DNA from: an uncultured delta proteobacterium
GTDB taxonomy: Bacteria > Desulfobacterota > Binatia > UBA9968
DNA length: 64,000 nt
Assembly: GCA_963755715.1 (NCBI GenBank)
Contig: CAVWLW010000044.1
Location: forward strand, 30,427 to 94,426
Direction of reading: 5' to 3'
In this document: positions 29,012 to 43,885 of the stretch, in pieces
How positions within the stretch are numbered: the stretch's first letter is position 1
Layout of the letters: each line of letters starts with the position of its first letter
Made by a program: the position numbers and the translations under genes
The notes under the pieces: generated by a model
The model's input: the letters and a program-made list of their open reading frames with translations, nothing else
Told to the model about the DNA's origin: nothing
Databases searched by the model: none

Positions 29012-29350
29012 GGCGATCCTTTCACGATTGAATTCTTAACTTCCTAGGACGGTGAGCGGCACAGGGTTGCCATCGACCGAAAACGCAAGCAAATCGCCTC
29101 GTTCAACACGCCGCGAAATAACTCATTTGCATCGATCTTGTCTTCGCTCGTGCGGTGAAACATAACAACCGAGCTTTTGCGTTGTCAACTGAAACCGTGC
29201 GTGCGCGGCAAACGCGATTCATGCCAGCGCGGCTCTTTTGCCGGCGTATGAAAACCGATAGCGGATCTGAAAGGACGGCTAAGAAAGGCGTGGCGATGTT
29301 GGCAAGGGATCTTATCGGATCGTCAATAGAGCCAACGGCAATATCGAACA

Positions 29351-29767
29351 CTACCCAGGAACGTTACCGACTCCGTGCGCGTTTTGAATTCCTTTCCAGG
29401 TCACGAACAGCGTCGGCTCACTGGGGGGCGGCAATTTGGAACGATTGCTGCGACGCATATACATCTTCACCCAATAGTCATAAAAGTATTCCAAATCCTG
29501 CTTGGCCTGCTCCAAGCGGCCTTCAGTGCTCTCATAAGTCACGGTTACCCATTTTCCACGTAGTGAAATTGCCGACAACGTCGCGACATCCCGGTTATCC
29601 AAATAAGAGCCTGTACCGCGTAGAATTTGCGAGATACTGTAGGGATCGGGCATCTTGCTTGAGTCCTGGCGCTTGACTTTTCCGCGCGCGTCGAACTGCT
29701 CGATCTCGTCCGGCGAAAAGCGTAAGTCCATCTGGTTTTGCGCATAAGTCAGCGTAGTCCGTGGCAT
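29351..29767 (-). CDS. Hypothetical protein
   Basis: Protein-like composition (...GKWVTVTYESTEGRLEQAKQDLEYFYDYWVKMY...). Start taken at MPRTTL. No family recognised. Confidence 0.35.
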   Translation of the reverse strand: MPRTTLTYAQNQMDLRFSPDEIEQFDARGKVKRQDSSKMPDPYSISQILRGTGSYLDNRDVATLSAISLRGKWVTVTYESTEGRLEQAKQDLEYFYDYWVKMYMRRSNRSKLPPPSEPTLFVTWKGIQNAHGVGNVPG

Positions 29768-29810
29768 GGTACCCTGAAACAATTCGCGTAAGAATCGAGA
29801 AAACGAAAAT

Positions 29811-30035
29811 TTAATTTCGGTCCGCGGTCACGGCTCTGCCAGTGACAACGTAGATGCCGCTTTTCAACTCAAGATCGAAAGCGGAAAATTTGAATTTCTC
29901 CAGCGCCTGACCGAGCGCGCGCAACTGCTTCGCAAATCCGCGCACGTCCGCGGCCGCGCTTTCTGCGGAGTTCCCGAACATCTCGCGTTCCTCAATAGAA
30001 TAATTTTGGGCGATCTGAGCAGTATTTTGCTTCAT
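29811..30035 (-). CDS. Hypothetical small protein
   Basis: About 75 aa from MKQNTAQIAQNY. Co-oriented with and 28 nt upstream of the 29351..29767 gene. Confidence 0.3.
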   Translation of the reverse strand: MKQNTAQIAQNYSIEEREMFGNSAESAAADVRGFAKQLRALGQALEKFKFSAFDLELKSGIYVVTGRAVTADRN

Positions 30036-30473
30036 AGTGCACTCCAAGCATACCAATGATAAAATTTTCGCTTTCGGCAGCTCGGCGGTCAGAGCAGCTA
30101 TCAACACATCGGCTGACAACCGTTGGACCCGTAGCTTTCCGCCCTCTTCTCGCGAAGAGTTCGGCTTTTTCAGGCGAGTAAAATTCTTTGATCGTACTTC
30201 CTCGGTGCGACTCCTCTGTCCCGCTGTTACAGCAACGTTAATGCCATAACCACACAGTCCAAGAAGTACTTTCGATTCGGCGCTAGGTCTCTAGCGCCGG
30301 TTTTGCTCTGACAGGGTGACAGTCCGGCAAGTCAGGAAAGACAAAAGCGCGGCGGCACCGGCGCAATAAACCGCCGATAGTCTTTTAATGAGGAGAATTT
30401 AAGAAATTTCATTGTCGCGGTTGGTAAACTCGATCACCTTCAGAAATCGGCGAGAACTTACCTGTCGGTAAGA

Positions 30474-31958
30474 TTAGGGTAAATTCGTATCGTTCATCAG
30501 ATAACGGTCGCACTCGCGCGCCGCGCCGCGACCTTCATTGATCGCCCAAACTACCAAGCTTTGGCCGCGTCGGCAGTCGCCGGCGGCGAAGACTTTTGGC
30601 ACACTTGTCACAAAATGGCCGTACTCCGCCTTGGCATTGGAGCGAGGATCCCGCTCGACGCCGAGCTCGGTTAGTACCGCATCCTCCGGTCCCAAAAATC
30701 CCATCGCGAGCAATACCAGTTCGGCTTGCAAGACCTTATCTGAATTCGGCACGCGCTTTGGAATGAAGGCGCCCTGCTCGTTTCGCGCCCATTCCACGTC
30801 GTAGATGTGCAATTCTTGGACGTTGCCATTTTTATCGCCGACAAATTTCTCGCCCGTGGTCAAATAGATACGCGGGTCAGCGCCGAAACGCGCCGCCGCT
30901 TCTTCTTGACCATAATCGAGCTTGTAAACCTTCGGCCATTCCGGCCACGGATTATCGGCTTGCCGCGAGTCCGGCGGACGGGGCAAGATCTCGAGTTGGG
31001 TCAAGCTTCGGCAACCGTGCCGCATTGCCGTGCCGACACAGTCGGTTCCCGTGTCGCCGCCACCGACCACGATCACGTGCTTGTCTTTAGCAGAAATGAA
31101 GTTGCCGTCCCGATGTTGCGAGTCGAGCAAGCTCTTGGTATTGGCGTGGAGAAACTCCATCGCCATGTAAACGCCCTTGAGCTCGCGCCCGGGGATAGGT
31201 AAATCCCGCGCCTTGGTCGCGCCCGTACAAATTACCACCGCATCAAAATCATCTTTCAGTTTTGCCGCCGGCAGATCCACGCCGATGTGGGTATTGGTGA
31301 TGAACTCGATGCCCTCTGCCGCCATCACATCGATGCGCCGCTGCACGATCGTCTTATCGAGCTTCATGTTAGGGATGCCGTAGGTGAGTAGACCGCCGAT
31401 ACGGTCGGCGCGTTCGTAGACGGTGACCAAATGACCCGCCCGATTAAGCTGGTCCGCGCACGCCAACCCTGAGGGTCCCGAGCCGATGACAGCGACCTTT
31501 TTTCCAGTGCGCTTGGCGGGCGGCTCAGGATTAACCCATCCTTGCGCGAAGCCGTTGTCGATGATCGCGCACTCGATGTTTTTGATCGTAACCGGTAGCT
31601 CGTTTAAACCGAGTACGCATGAGCCTTCGCAAGGCGCCGGACAGACCCGGCCGGTGAATTCCGGAAAGTTGTTGGTCTTATGCAAGCGCTCGAGCGCTTC
31701 TTTCCAAAGTCCGCGATAGACGAGATCGTTCCATTCGGGAATCAAGTTATTAACCGGACAACCGGAAGCCATGCCGCTGATCAATTGGCCGGTATGGCAA
31801 AATGGGATACCGCAATCCATACAGCGCGCGCCCTGGTCGCGCAGCTTGTCTTGCGAGAAATGCTCGTGAAACTCGTTCCAGTCTTTCACCCGCTCTAAGG
31901 GCGAGCGGTCCTGCGGCAACTCCCGCTCATATTCCATGAAGCCAGTCGGTTTACCCAT
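30474..31958 (-). CDS. gltD: Glutamate synthase small (beta) subunit, NADPH-dependent
   Basis: Start [13 protein letters not shown]. Fe-S Cys cluster, FAD/NAD Rossmann [10 protein letters not shown]. Immediately downstream of gltB. Confidence 0.9.
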   Translation of the reverse strand: MGKPTGFMEYERELPQDRSPLERVKDWNEFHEHFSQDKLRDQGARCMDCGIPFCHTGQLISGMASGCPVNNLIPEWNDLVYRGLWKEALERLHKTNNFPEFTGRVCPAPCEGSCVLGLNELPVTIKNIECAIIDNGFAQGWVNPEPPAKRTGKKVAVIGSGPSGLACADQLNRAGHLVTVYERADRIGGLLTYGIPNMKLDKTIVQRRIDVMAAEGIEFITNTHIGVDLPAAKLKDDFDAVVICTGATKARDLPIPGRELKGVYMAMEFLHANTKSLLDSQHRDGNFISAKDKHVIVVGGGDTGTDCVGTAMRHGCRSLTQLEILPRPPDSRQADNPWPEWPKVYKLDYGQEEAAARFGADPRIYLTTGEKFVGDKNGNVQELHIYDVEWARNEQGAFIPKRVPNSDKVLQAELVLLAMGFLGPEDAVLTELGVERDPRSNAKAEYGHFVTSVPKVFAAGDCRRGQSLVVWAINEGRGAARECDRYLMNDTNLP

Positions 31959-32118
31959 CTCTTGACCTTTTCTCAGCAATACGATCCATCCACTCGGCAC
32001 GCCGCGCGAAAATTTCCACCTTTTCAGTTCTGAATTTTTGATTTTGAGCCGAGTTGAGCTAACTCAAAACAAGAAACTCAAACTTGTAGTAAATGACCTG
32101 TGTAGCGGCACTCGAAAC

Positions 32119-36717
<4,599 letters not shown>

Positions 36718-36843
36718 AATTGCACCTTAATAATTACTTGCTCCAATATGAACAAATCAAGATTGCGAAAGCGTGATCGCGAGCCGCCTTTTTTCATATA
36801 CCTAACGAGTCCTCTGCCCGCTCGCAACTCTTTTCTTTCGTCG

Positions 36844-37329
36844 TCACTTCTTTCTAGCGTGGGTAACTTCAGCCAATCCGGCATCGATTTCCAAAGCCTG
36901 CCCCTCCTTCGTCGTCGACAAAACCACTCGGGTAACGGTTCTCGTCACGCCCTCAACGGAGCGAATCTCGCCCAGGAGTTTCTCCAGTGAGCCGGTATTA
37001 GCTGATTTCACTTTGAGCATAAAGCTTTCATCGCCGGTCACGTGATGACACTCTAAAACATCCGGATAGTGCATCATCTGACGCGCGAACTTGTCCATGT
37101 CGCGCTGATTGCCGATCGAGACACCGATAAACGCTGTGATGTCCTTGCCGACCTTCTTGCCATCGAGGAGCGCTTGATAGCCCCGAATGACACCGCTCGC
37201 CTCTAACTTTTTGACTCGCTCCATGACGGCGGGCGCCGACAGCTCCACCTCGTCGGCGATGTCAGCGAGCCGTCTGCGCCCGTCATTTTGCAGAATAAAA
37301 AGTATTTTTAAATCTATTGGGTCTAACAA
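36844..37329 (-). CDS. Lrp/AsnC family transcriptional regulator
   Basis: 161 aa. HTH LDPIDLKILFILQNDGRRRLADIADEVELSAPAVMERVKKL plus a RAM domain. Directly upstream of and co-oriented with gltB. Confidence 0.85.
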   Translation of the reverse strand: MLDPIDLKILFILQNDGRRRLADIADEVELSAPAVMERVKKLEASGVIRGYQALLDGKKVGKDITAFIGVSIGNQRDMDKFARQMMHYPDVLECHHVTGDESFMLKVKSANTGSLEKLLGEIRSVEGVTRTVTRVVLSTTKEGQALEIDAGLAEVTHARKK

Positions 37330-37369
37330 ATTAATAAAATTAGGATTTATTGCCGTTTAACTTAATTAT

Positions 37370-37387
37370 CCTATGTCACTGACAATC
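37370..37387. promoter_or_regulatory. Palindrome TGACAATC-tc-GATTGTCA in the promoter region of the Lrp/AsnC gene
   Basis: 8-2-8 inverted repeat in an AT-rich region, 41-58 nt upstream of the regulator gene start. Confidence 0.3.
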
Positions 37388-37701
37388 TCGATTGTCAACA
37401 AAAACGGGTGAGAAATCGTATTGTTAATGGTAAAATGGCAGTTGCGAAGAAAAGCGGTAGCGAACGTGGCAGCAGCGATCAATGATGCCGGGAATGGATC
37501 GACTTCGTCTGGGGGAACCGAAGAGAATTGGCTGAAAAACGCGGCGGCGGCGCTCGGAGCGCGCTCTATTTATCAACGCAATCGTGTTTTTGCTGAAACC
37601 AGAAACACGATTTATTGAACGTTTGTTGAATGATCCGTCGACAGTGTTTGAACAGCGGTCTAAAGGATCATGCGTATGATCAGGTCGCGGCTGCGGGTGC
37701 C

Positions 37702-38367
37702 TCACATCAACAGAATATCAGGATTGGTTTTGAAATCGGCCGCCAAGGCCTGAGTGATCCAGGGACACTGAATCGCGAGGATTGGATGCAAGGAGCTAAG
37801 TTTTTCCAGAATAGCCGCGGCGCGATTGTCGGTCGCGTCTGCACGCACTGCTTCGGCCAAAGCCCAAGCGGCACCGATAACATTGCCCTGCCCGTTCAAG
37901 CTGATTCCCAGATTTCGATAGCCGCTTGCGCGCGTCCAATCAATCTCGATCGCTTGACGACAATGCTTTTCACCCTCCTCGAAACGGGAAAGGGTATTGA
38001 GACAGTAAGCGATATTATTTTGCAGCACATATCTGACCTTGCGTTTTTTTGGCGCCAGTTCCAGCGCTAAGGTGAAATGTTTCAGCGCGTCTTCATGGCG
38101 TTGCTCGTCGGTAGCCATCTGCCCAAGAGCCAAATAACAATGCGCTGACTGCTCAATGTCCCGGGCGATTTTGATAAACCCTTCGAGCAGTTCCGTTGCC
38201 GCGTCGATTTTATTGATGCCTCGGTAAAAGCCGACGACAAAAAGCATCCAACGAAAATAGTCTTCCGACGTGGAGCTATTATTCAACCGATCGAGCAGCA
38301 GTTTTTCCGTATCGAGAGGTTGTTCCTGTAACGCGAGTGCTGTGGTTTTTTTATCTGTGGGGTTCAT
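37702..38367 (-). CDS. TPR-repeat protein
   Basis: Start chosen at MNPTDKK. The 116-aa upstream extension of the long ORF is W/C-rich and non-protein-like. Helical TPR-like repeats (ALGQMATDEQRHEDALKHFTLALELAP...NNIAYCL...). Confidence 0.5.
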   Translation of the reverse strand: MNPTDKKTTALALQEQPLDTEKLLLDRLNNSSTSEDYFRWMLFVVGFYRGINKIDAATELLEGFIKIARDIEQSAHCYLALGQMATDEQRHEDALKHFTLALELAPKKRKVRYVLQNNIAYCLNTLSRFEEGEKHCRQAIEIDWTRASGYRNLGISLNGQGNVIGAAWALAEAVRADATDNRAAAILEKLSSLHPILAIQCPWITQALAADFKTNPDILLM

Positions 38368-38965
38368 ATTGGGCAAGCCAATAGAGCAAGCGCAATACCA
38401 AGATGAAGTTATCCAAGAAATCCCATAATGGGCAGATAAGTCCACGCCCATTAGGAGCTTCTCAGTCCGCGAATAGTCCATTCCACTTACCAGCCAGACA
38501 AAAGAGGCATCAGCGCCCGACCACATTGAGTGATTTCGCCCCAGGCGGCACACAGATCCTCCGTCGTAAGAAAGATTAGGCCGCGCAACGCATGTCAAGA
38601 AAATTAACATGCGCGAACGCACAGACACCAAATGAGCCGAATGACTCAGCGTCGTGAACTGGTGTATTTCGCCGCTTGTTGGCCAAGCGCGTAGCGTGTC
38701 CAGCCCGCCCAGCAAAACCGGCGCGGCGCACTACAAAATCGCTGCGACCAGAAAAAATCCGCCGCTATTTTAATTCAATTGGATCGTGAGGTAGCATCAA
38801 TCGGAGACAATTTTAATAAGATTCTCAAACTTCCCTGATCCGGCATACAGTCGGCGCTTTATTGAATTATGCGTTTGTGATTGACACCGGTGGATATATT
38901 GAATCGAACTGACCTTCACTTGATCAAGCCGGGCCGATTTCTATCCTGAGATTTTGTGGCTGGAA

Positions 38966-40168
38966 TCACCACCACTTCGGCGGTTCGTACTTCGCGCGCA
39001 AAAAGCCATCCCACACGGCGGAAGCGGGCTTTGGCCTCCGATCGCTGGTTTGCATGCCAATGAAGGCCCAGATGCGCGCCAGGTCGGCAAGCGGCGGGCG
39101 CAGTTGAGCGACCAGCCGATCCGAGTCCGTGGTGGCGAAGTTGATGACGAATTCGTAATTGTCCCGCGCCGCGGTCTTGAGCAAGAACTCAGCGAACTGC
39201 GCCTGGTCCGCTTCGGAACCGTAGAGCATCGTCGCGTACGACTTGATCTCGACGTTGCGTGAGGTCATGCCGCTCTCGGCCACCGCGATGCCTTTTTTGA
39301 ATCGCTTCGCGAATTCGAGAAAGTTCGCGGGAATGACGCGCGGCATTTCCGCGCTCATGTGCGGATAAAGGCTCATTGCAAAAAGATCGCTGGAACGCAT
39401 CATGTCGGCGACTTCTTTCTCTTGATCCGTGCCTTTAGAGTCTCGGGTCAACCCTTTATAGTGTAAAACCTCGGTCGTAAAAAAAACCGGCAGCATACGG
39501 TGGACTTTTTTTACTGCCGTGTAGGTGTCGCGCTGCAGTTCCTTCAACTGCTGCCATTTGGCCTGATTGCGCGACAACAGCATGTTGGACTCGACGCCGA
39601 TCGCGAGATAATCGGGATGCATGGCATCGACGGCGCGAAGCACGAAGTTAAGGAACGCCTTTTTTACGCGCGGACTGTTCAACGGCTCGCTCGTCCATGG
39701 CGCGGGTAACGGCTGATTTTCACTCTCACCCCAATAAGGCGCTAGATCGCGCCTATCCTTGTTTAACGGCGAAATCGATAAGAACAATTTTTTTCCCGCC
39801 GGCGTCCTGTAGCTCAAATTCTCTTGGACGGCTTTGGAAAATGGTTTGCCGTCGAGCGCTTCGGGCCAAGGAATCCCGCCGATAAACATGACCGAAACGA
39901 TATCACCGTGCGCCCCGGCATACTCGCGCGCGAGCGCCACGCCGTCGTCGGTCAGGTCCGCGGGCCACTCGGTAAATCCCATGTAGAAGGGCCGCGTCGA
40001 CGGGCCGCGGTACTCCGGCAATGGCGGCGGTGGTGGTTTCGGGGCCGTCGGCACGGGCGTTGGGGCTGGCGTCTGGCGCGAAGAACTCATGAGTCCTTCT
40101 CCCGCGCATGCGGCCAAACACGAAGTCACTGCGAAAAAAAACAACCAGCGGGGAAAACGGTTTGTCAT
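38966..40168 (-). CDS. Putative lipoprotein with (beta/alpha)8 glycoside-hydrolase-like domain (speculative, clan GH-A-like)
   Basis: Start MTNRFPRWLFFFAVTSCLAAC (lipobox LAAC), Pro-rich linker PTPVPTAPKPPPPPLP. The domain carries candidate catalytic Glu motifs IGVESNM and IAVAESGM. Confidence 0.45.
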   Translation of the reverse strand: MTNRFPRWLFFFAVTSCLAACAGEGLMSSSRQTPAPTPVPTAPKPPPPPLPEYRGPSTRPFYMGFTEWPADLTDDGVALAREYAGAHGDIVSVMFIGGIPWPEALDGKPFSKAVQENLSYRTPAGKKLFLSISPLNKDRRDLAPYWGESENQPLPAPWTSEPLNSPRVKKAFLNFVLRAVDAMHPDYLAIGVESNMLLSRNQAKWQQLKELQRDTYTAVKKVHRMLPVFFTTEVLHYKGLTRDSKGTDQEKEVADMMRSSDLFAMSLYPHMSAEMPRVIPANFLEFAKRFKKGIAVAESGMTSRNVEIKSYATMLYGSEADQAQFAEFLLKTAARDNYEFVINFATTDSDRLVAQLRPPLADLARIWAFIGMQTSDRRPKPASAVWDGFLRAKYEPPKWW

Positions 40169-40355
40169 AGGCGCAATTATTAAAGTTTCGCCATCCGGGG
40201 TCAAGCAATCGCGCGATTTTTACGCTAGCGCGACACCATGGAGTCTCCGCCCGAGAAGGCAGACACAAGGGCCGCCCCCTACGAGGTAATGGCGAATTCA
40301 AATTGAACCACCGCCGTTTTTAATCTCCCTTGACTTGTCGAGAAATTCTCGGAAA

Positions 40356-41354
40356 ATGGGTCCAATTCTTCGATCTCAGCACGCAGCCAACAGGCCACAA
40401 CCAAACAGATCGGTTGACGTAAAAATCTTGCAAGTCAATTTTCTGAGAAATCGGCCGTTCATCGCCATCATTCTTGTTTTGAGCTTTTTTTCATTCCCGG
40501 CTTGTTCTTCGCGCAGCGGCCCGCCCGACACACGCTACGTGCCGGCGGGTGATCTCCTCGACATCGTCAAGGACTTTCAGCGCTTGGCAAAAGAAGACAC
40601 CTACCGTTTTCCTATTCCCAAGGATGTCACCGGCGTCAATATCATGAAGGCCACTCTGGTTCGGCTGAATGATTACGAACGCAAAAACCCCGGTCAGTTC
40701 AGTGATATTGTGCAGTTCAACAAAGCTCTCGCCTTGGAACGGCTCCGGGAGTACGACCAGGCAGCAGCGCTTTACCGCAAAGTCGCCGAAACCGACGGCC
40801 GCCTCGCTTCGGAAGCGGCCAAAAACGCCGAGCTCCTCGATAACTTTTTGCGTATTTTCGACAAAGTCATACCGGCTGACGATCCTTTCAAATACATCGC
40901 CGGTCTCGACGAGAAAGTCGCCGCATGGAACCAGCTCATGCAAAAATATCAAGGCACGCAATACGCGTTTCTGGCCCGAGTCGAAGAGGAGCGCGTTGAC
41001 CGCGCTAAGGTCGCCTTTGTCGAAGCCAACCGCCATCGTCTCAAGGAAGGCAATCAGTTGACAATTGTCGGCTACAGCCAACTGGTCACGAAACACCAAC
41101 AAAGCAAAAATATCTATCGATTTCTGCTCGATTTCGGCGATTTCTACATGGTCCTTGCAAATGACTATGCATCCCAGTACGATCCCGAGGGATTAGTGTT
41201 TGACATCAAGGTGTTAGATCAATTCGTGAAGTCGGCCCTCAAGCTCTATACCGAAGTGGGACAAGTCGACGGCATCGTAGAAAAAATCGAAGCCCAGGGT
41301 AAAATCGAAGCGACGCGCGGTTTTCTAGAAAAAATGACCAGGCTCAATCGATGA
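40356..41354 (+). CDS. Hypothetical lipoprotein/secreted protein (start uncertain: ATG 40356 or TTG 40428)
   Basis: Signal-like segment RPFIAIILVLSFFSFPACSS. Alpha-helical, no recognisable family. Its stop overlaps the start of the next gene (ATGA). Confidence 0.45.
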   Translation: MGPILRSQHAANRPQPNRSVDVKILQVNFLRNRPFIAIILVLSFFSFPACSSRSGPPDTRYVPAGDLLDIVKDFQRLAKEDTYRFPIPKDVTGVNIMKATLVRLNDYERKNPGQFSDIVQFNKALALERLREYDQAAALYRKVAETDGRLASEAAKNAELLDNFLRIFDKVIPADDPFKYIAGLDEKVAAWNQLMQKYQGTQYAFLARVEEERVDRAKVAFVEANRHRLKEGNQLTIVGYSQLVTKHQQSKNIYRFLLDFGDFYMVLANDYASQYDPEGLVFDIKVLDQFVKSALKLYTEVGQVDGIVEKIEAQGKIEATRGFLEKMTRLNR

Positions 41355-43867
41355 AGTTCACACAGTTTTTAATTTTGAGCGCGGTTGCCTGCCTCACTTC
41401 CATAGCGGTATTGCTTGGTGTGCCTCAGGCCCAAGAAAAAATCTTGCCGCTCGACAAAATCCTCAATCCTCTTCCCGATTATAGCCCTTTCGAACAGGGC
41501 GCCGGCGAGACGCCGAAATATTTTCCCGACGAGATTGACAAACGGTCCCGCGAGTTGCTCATCGACGCGTTGATCAACCGTGAAGACGCGTTGTCCCAAC
41601 ATTTACAATTCTTCCAGTCTGAAGACGCGCGCTTACAGAAAGAGCGCGGCACCTCGACCGGCTTGACGGCGCAGGCGCAAGATCTCGTCAACAACACGAT
41701 CCAAGACCGCGAGAAATATATGGCGGCACAGAAAGAAGCGCTCAAGCGTGCCGCGTCGCCGGAACGCAAAAAATATCTCGAGGCGGTCATCAATAACGAC
41801 GACTTCAATCAGTCGGACGCGCTGATGCGTCAGAGCTCGACCAATTTTTGGGGCGGCATGGCCAATCGCCTGCTCGGGTCGGTGGATTTGGTCGGCGTCG
41901 CTTCGGGAAATTATGTCGGCGCCGTCGCTGAAACTACGATCAGCCAAGTCTACGCGCTCATGGACCGAGACATGGCTGTCGAAGAACGGCGGGCGCTGGC
42001 GCGGGATCTCGATCATCTCAAGCGTTTCCCGGACGATCCGCGCAATGCCGTCATCAGAAAGCAAGTAGAATCACTGGACAAGAAAAAAAAGAATGCCTTG
42101 ACGCGCAAGCAGATCGACAAAGCCAAGGAAGCATTCGCCAAGAATGATTTTGAAAGAGCTGCGTTTCACCTCGATATGGTCGCGTTTATCGACCCTCAGT
42201 GTCGCGACGCCGATGAGTTGCGCCAGCAAGTCGTGAAATCCTTGGGCGAACTCGACAAAACGCGCAACAACAGTCTGCTCGCGCGTGCTGAGACACCGGC
42301 GAGCGACGAACAGCGAACCGATGTCCAACGATTACTCGAAGTCTTGACCCTGCGCGACAGCAATCAGATCCAACGGGTCGCCATCGACACCGAGAAAAAA
42401 TATCTCGGCAAACCGTTGGCCGACGCCGCCCGAGATTCCGAAGCGGTCGCCCTGGAGATGAAGGGATGGCGCGAAGCCGCAAAAAAAGCCGTTGAACAAA
42501 TGGCCAAGTCCTCGGCGAATCCTGAAGTGAAGGAACGGGCCGCGACCCTGCTCCAAAGCCCGCACTACAATCTCCTCACTCCTTTTCAAGACGCGCGGAC
42601 TGATAGACAGTTGCAGTCGGCCAAGTATGTTCTTCTCGGTGAAGACTTTTTGCGAAAGAACTTACTGTTTGCCGCTGGAGCGATGACGGCGGCAGGTCCG
42701 GCGGCGGCGATGAGTCTAGGCATGGTGAATGCTCTGATGGTGACCAACAACTTCTACCAGGTCATGACTCAGAATCCGGTATCAGCGCAGCCGGTCATCG
42801 ATGCCGGCGTCGCCTACGTGCGCAATCACCCGAACTCGGAAAACGCCTCCGAGGTGTATAGAGTCCTGGCCGACGCCTACGAAGAACGCGGCATGCTGGA
42901 CCAAGCGATCAGCTACCACGAACTGGCCGGATCGCCGAAACAGAAAATCGAAGAGCTGAAGGACAAATCCGCCAAGGCGCTGCTCAACGCCGCGACTAAA
43001 AGCGCCAATCGCGGCACGCGCGAATACTATCTGACCAGCGTGATCGACCAGCACCCGGATACGCCCGCGGCCGCCGATGCAACCAAGCGGCTCGCCGACA
43101 TGGCCAGGGACGAAAACCAGGGCCTGCGCATGAGCAAGCAGTTCTTGATGGAAAACCCCGAGCTTTTCGGACCCCGCGGGTTAGGACTTAAAGCTTCCCT
43201 GTTCGACGGCAATCCCGCCAATATGGAAATCGCCGAGCGCGGCGTGAATCTGCTTAGCGACAACGAGATTCTGGTTCACTATCAGACCCCGTGGGGCCCG
43301 CGCAGTCAAAGCTATTCGCTCACGAAATCTTTGAACGATCGCTTTTTCGTGACGTTGCGCGAAAAGAATTTGCAGGTTGCACTTTCCGACGTCAACCAAC
43401 GTGCCAAGGACAGCGTCGGCGGCATCAAGAATCTTCCGTCGGCCATCGTCAAGGCGGAACGGGAACAGCGCGCTGGTCAATCGGAAAGCCGCGAAGATAC
43501 CACGTTCACGTTGGTCCGCGAGGTTGGCGGAACCGGCGGCGATTATCAGAAAGTTCTGGATTCGCAACTGCTGACCGACAACGAGCGCGACCCGGGAAGC
43601 AAATATAAATTACCGCCGGTTCAGGGCTCGATCTCGGCGAGTCGCTTCAGCATGACGGGCGCTCTGCCGACCGGACTAGGGGGCAACCAGCTCGCGATCG
43701 GCGGCGACAACCGCAGCCCATTCGCCGGCGTCCAACTGCCTATCCCATTGCTCGAAGGCTTCATTCCCGTCGATTTTATGATCCAAGGTCGTCCCGGCGG
43801 TGTCTCGATTTTTCCGAGAATCCGCACTGGCGCGGACACCGGCAGCGATCCAGAGCTCTATCGTTAA
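41351..43867 (+). CDS. Hypothetical large secreted protein (838 aa)
   Basis: Signal peptide MKFTQFLILSAVACLTSIAVLLGVPQAQE. Long charged helical N-terminal half, internal hydrophobic segment, Gly-rich C-terminal region. 19 nt upstream of the ABC permease gene. Confidence 0.5.
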   Translation: MKFTQFLILSAVACLTSIAVLLGVPQAQEKILPLDKILNPLPDYSPFEQGAGETPKYFPDEIDKRSRELLIDALINREDALSQHLQFFQSEDARLQKERGTSTGLTAQAQDLVNNTIQDREKYMAAQKEALKRAASPERKKYLEAVINNDDFNQSDALMRQSSTNFWGGMANRLLGSVDLVGVASGNYVGAVAETTISQVYALMDRDMAVEERRALARDLDHLKRFPDDPRNAVIRKQVESLDKKKKNALTRKQIDKAKEAFAKNDFERAAFHLDMVAFIDPQCRDADELRQQVVKSLGELDKTRNNSLLARAETPASDEQRTDVQRLLEVLTLRDSNQIQRVAIDTEKKYLGKPLADAARDSEAVALEMKGWREAAKKAVEQMAKSSANPEVKERAATLLQSPHYNLLTPFQDARTDRQLQSAKYVLLGEDFLRKNLLFAAGAMTAAGPAAAMSLGMVNALMVTNNFYQVMTQNPVSAQPVIDAGVAYVRNHPNSENASEVYRVLADAYEERGMLDQAISYHELAGSPKQKIEELKDKSAKALLNAATKSANRGTREYYLTSVIDQHPDTPAAADATKRLADMARDENQGLRMSKQFLMENPELFGPRGLGLKASLFDGNPANMEIAERGVNLLSDNEILVHYQTPWGPRSQSYSLTKSLNDRFFVTLREKNLQVALSDVNQRAKDSVGGIKNLPSAIVKAEREQRAGQSESREDTTFTLVREVGGTGGDYQKVLDSQLLTDNERDPGSKYKLPPVQGSISASRFSMTGALPTGLGGNQLAIGGDNRSPFAGVQLPIPLLEGFIPVDFMIQGRPGGVSIFPRIRTGADTGSDPELYR

Positions 43868-43885
43868 CTTCAAGGGAATCGCGCT

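Noticed and set aside
37702-38715. Full 337-aa version of the TPR ORF
   Set aside because: The N-terminal 116 aa are W/C/S-rich and not protein-like, and the region has lower GC. The start is more likely at MNPTDKK (38367).
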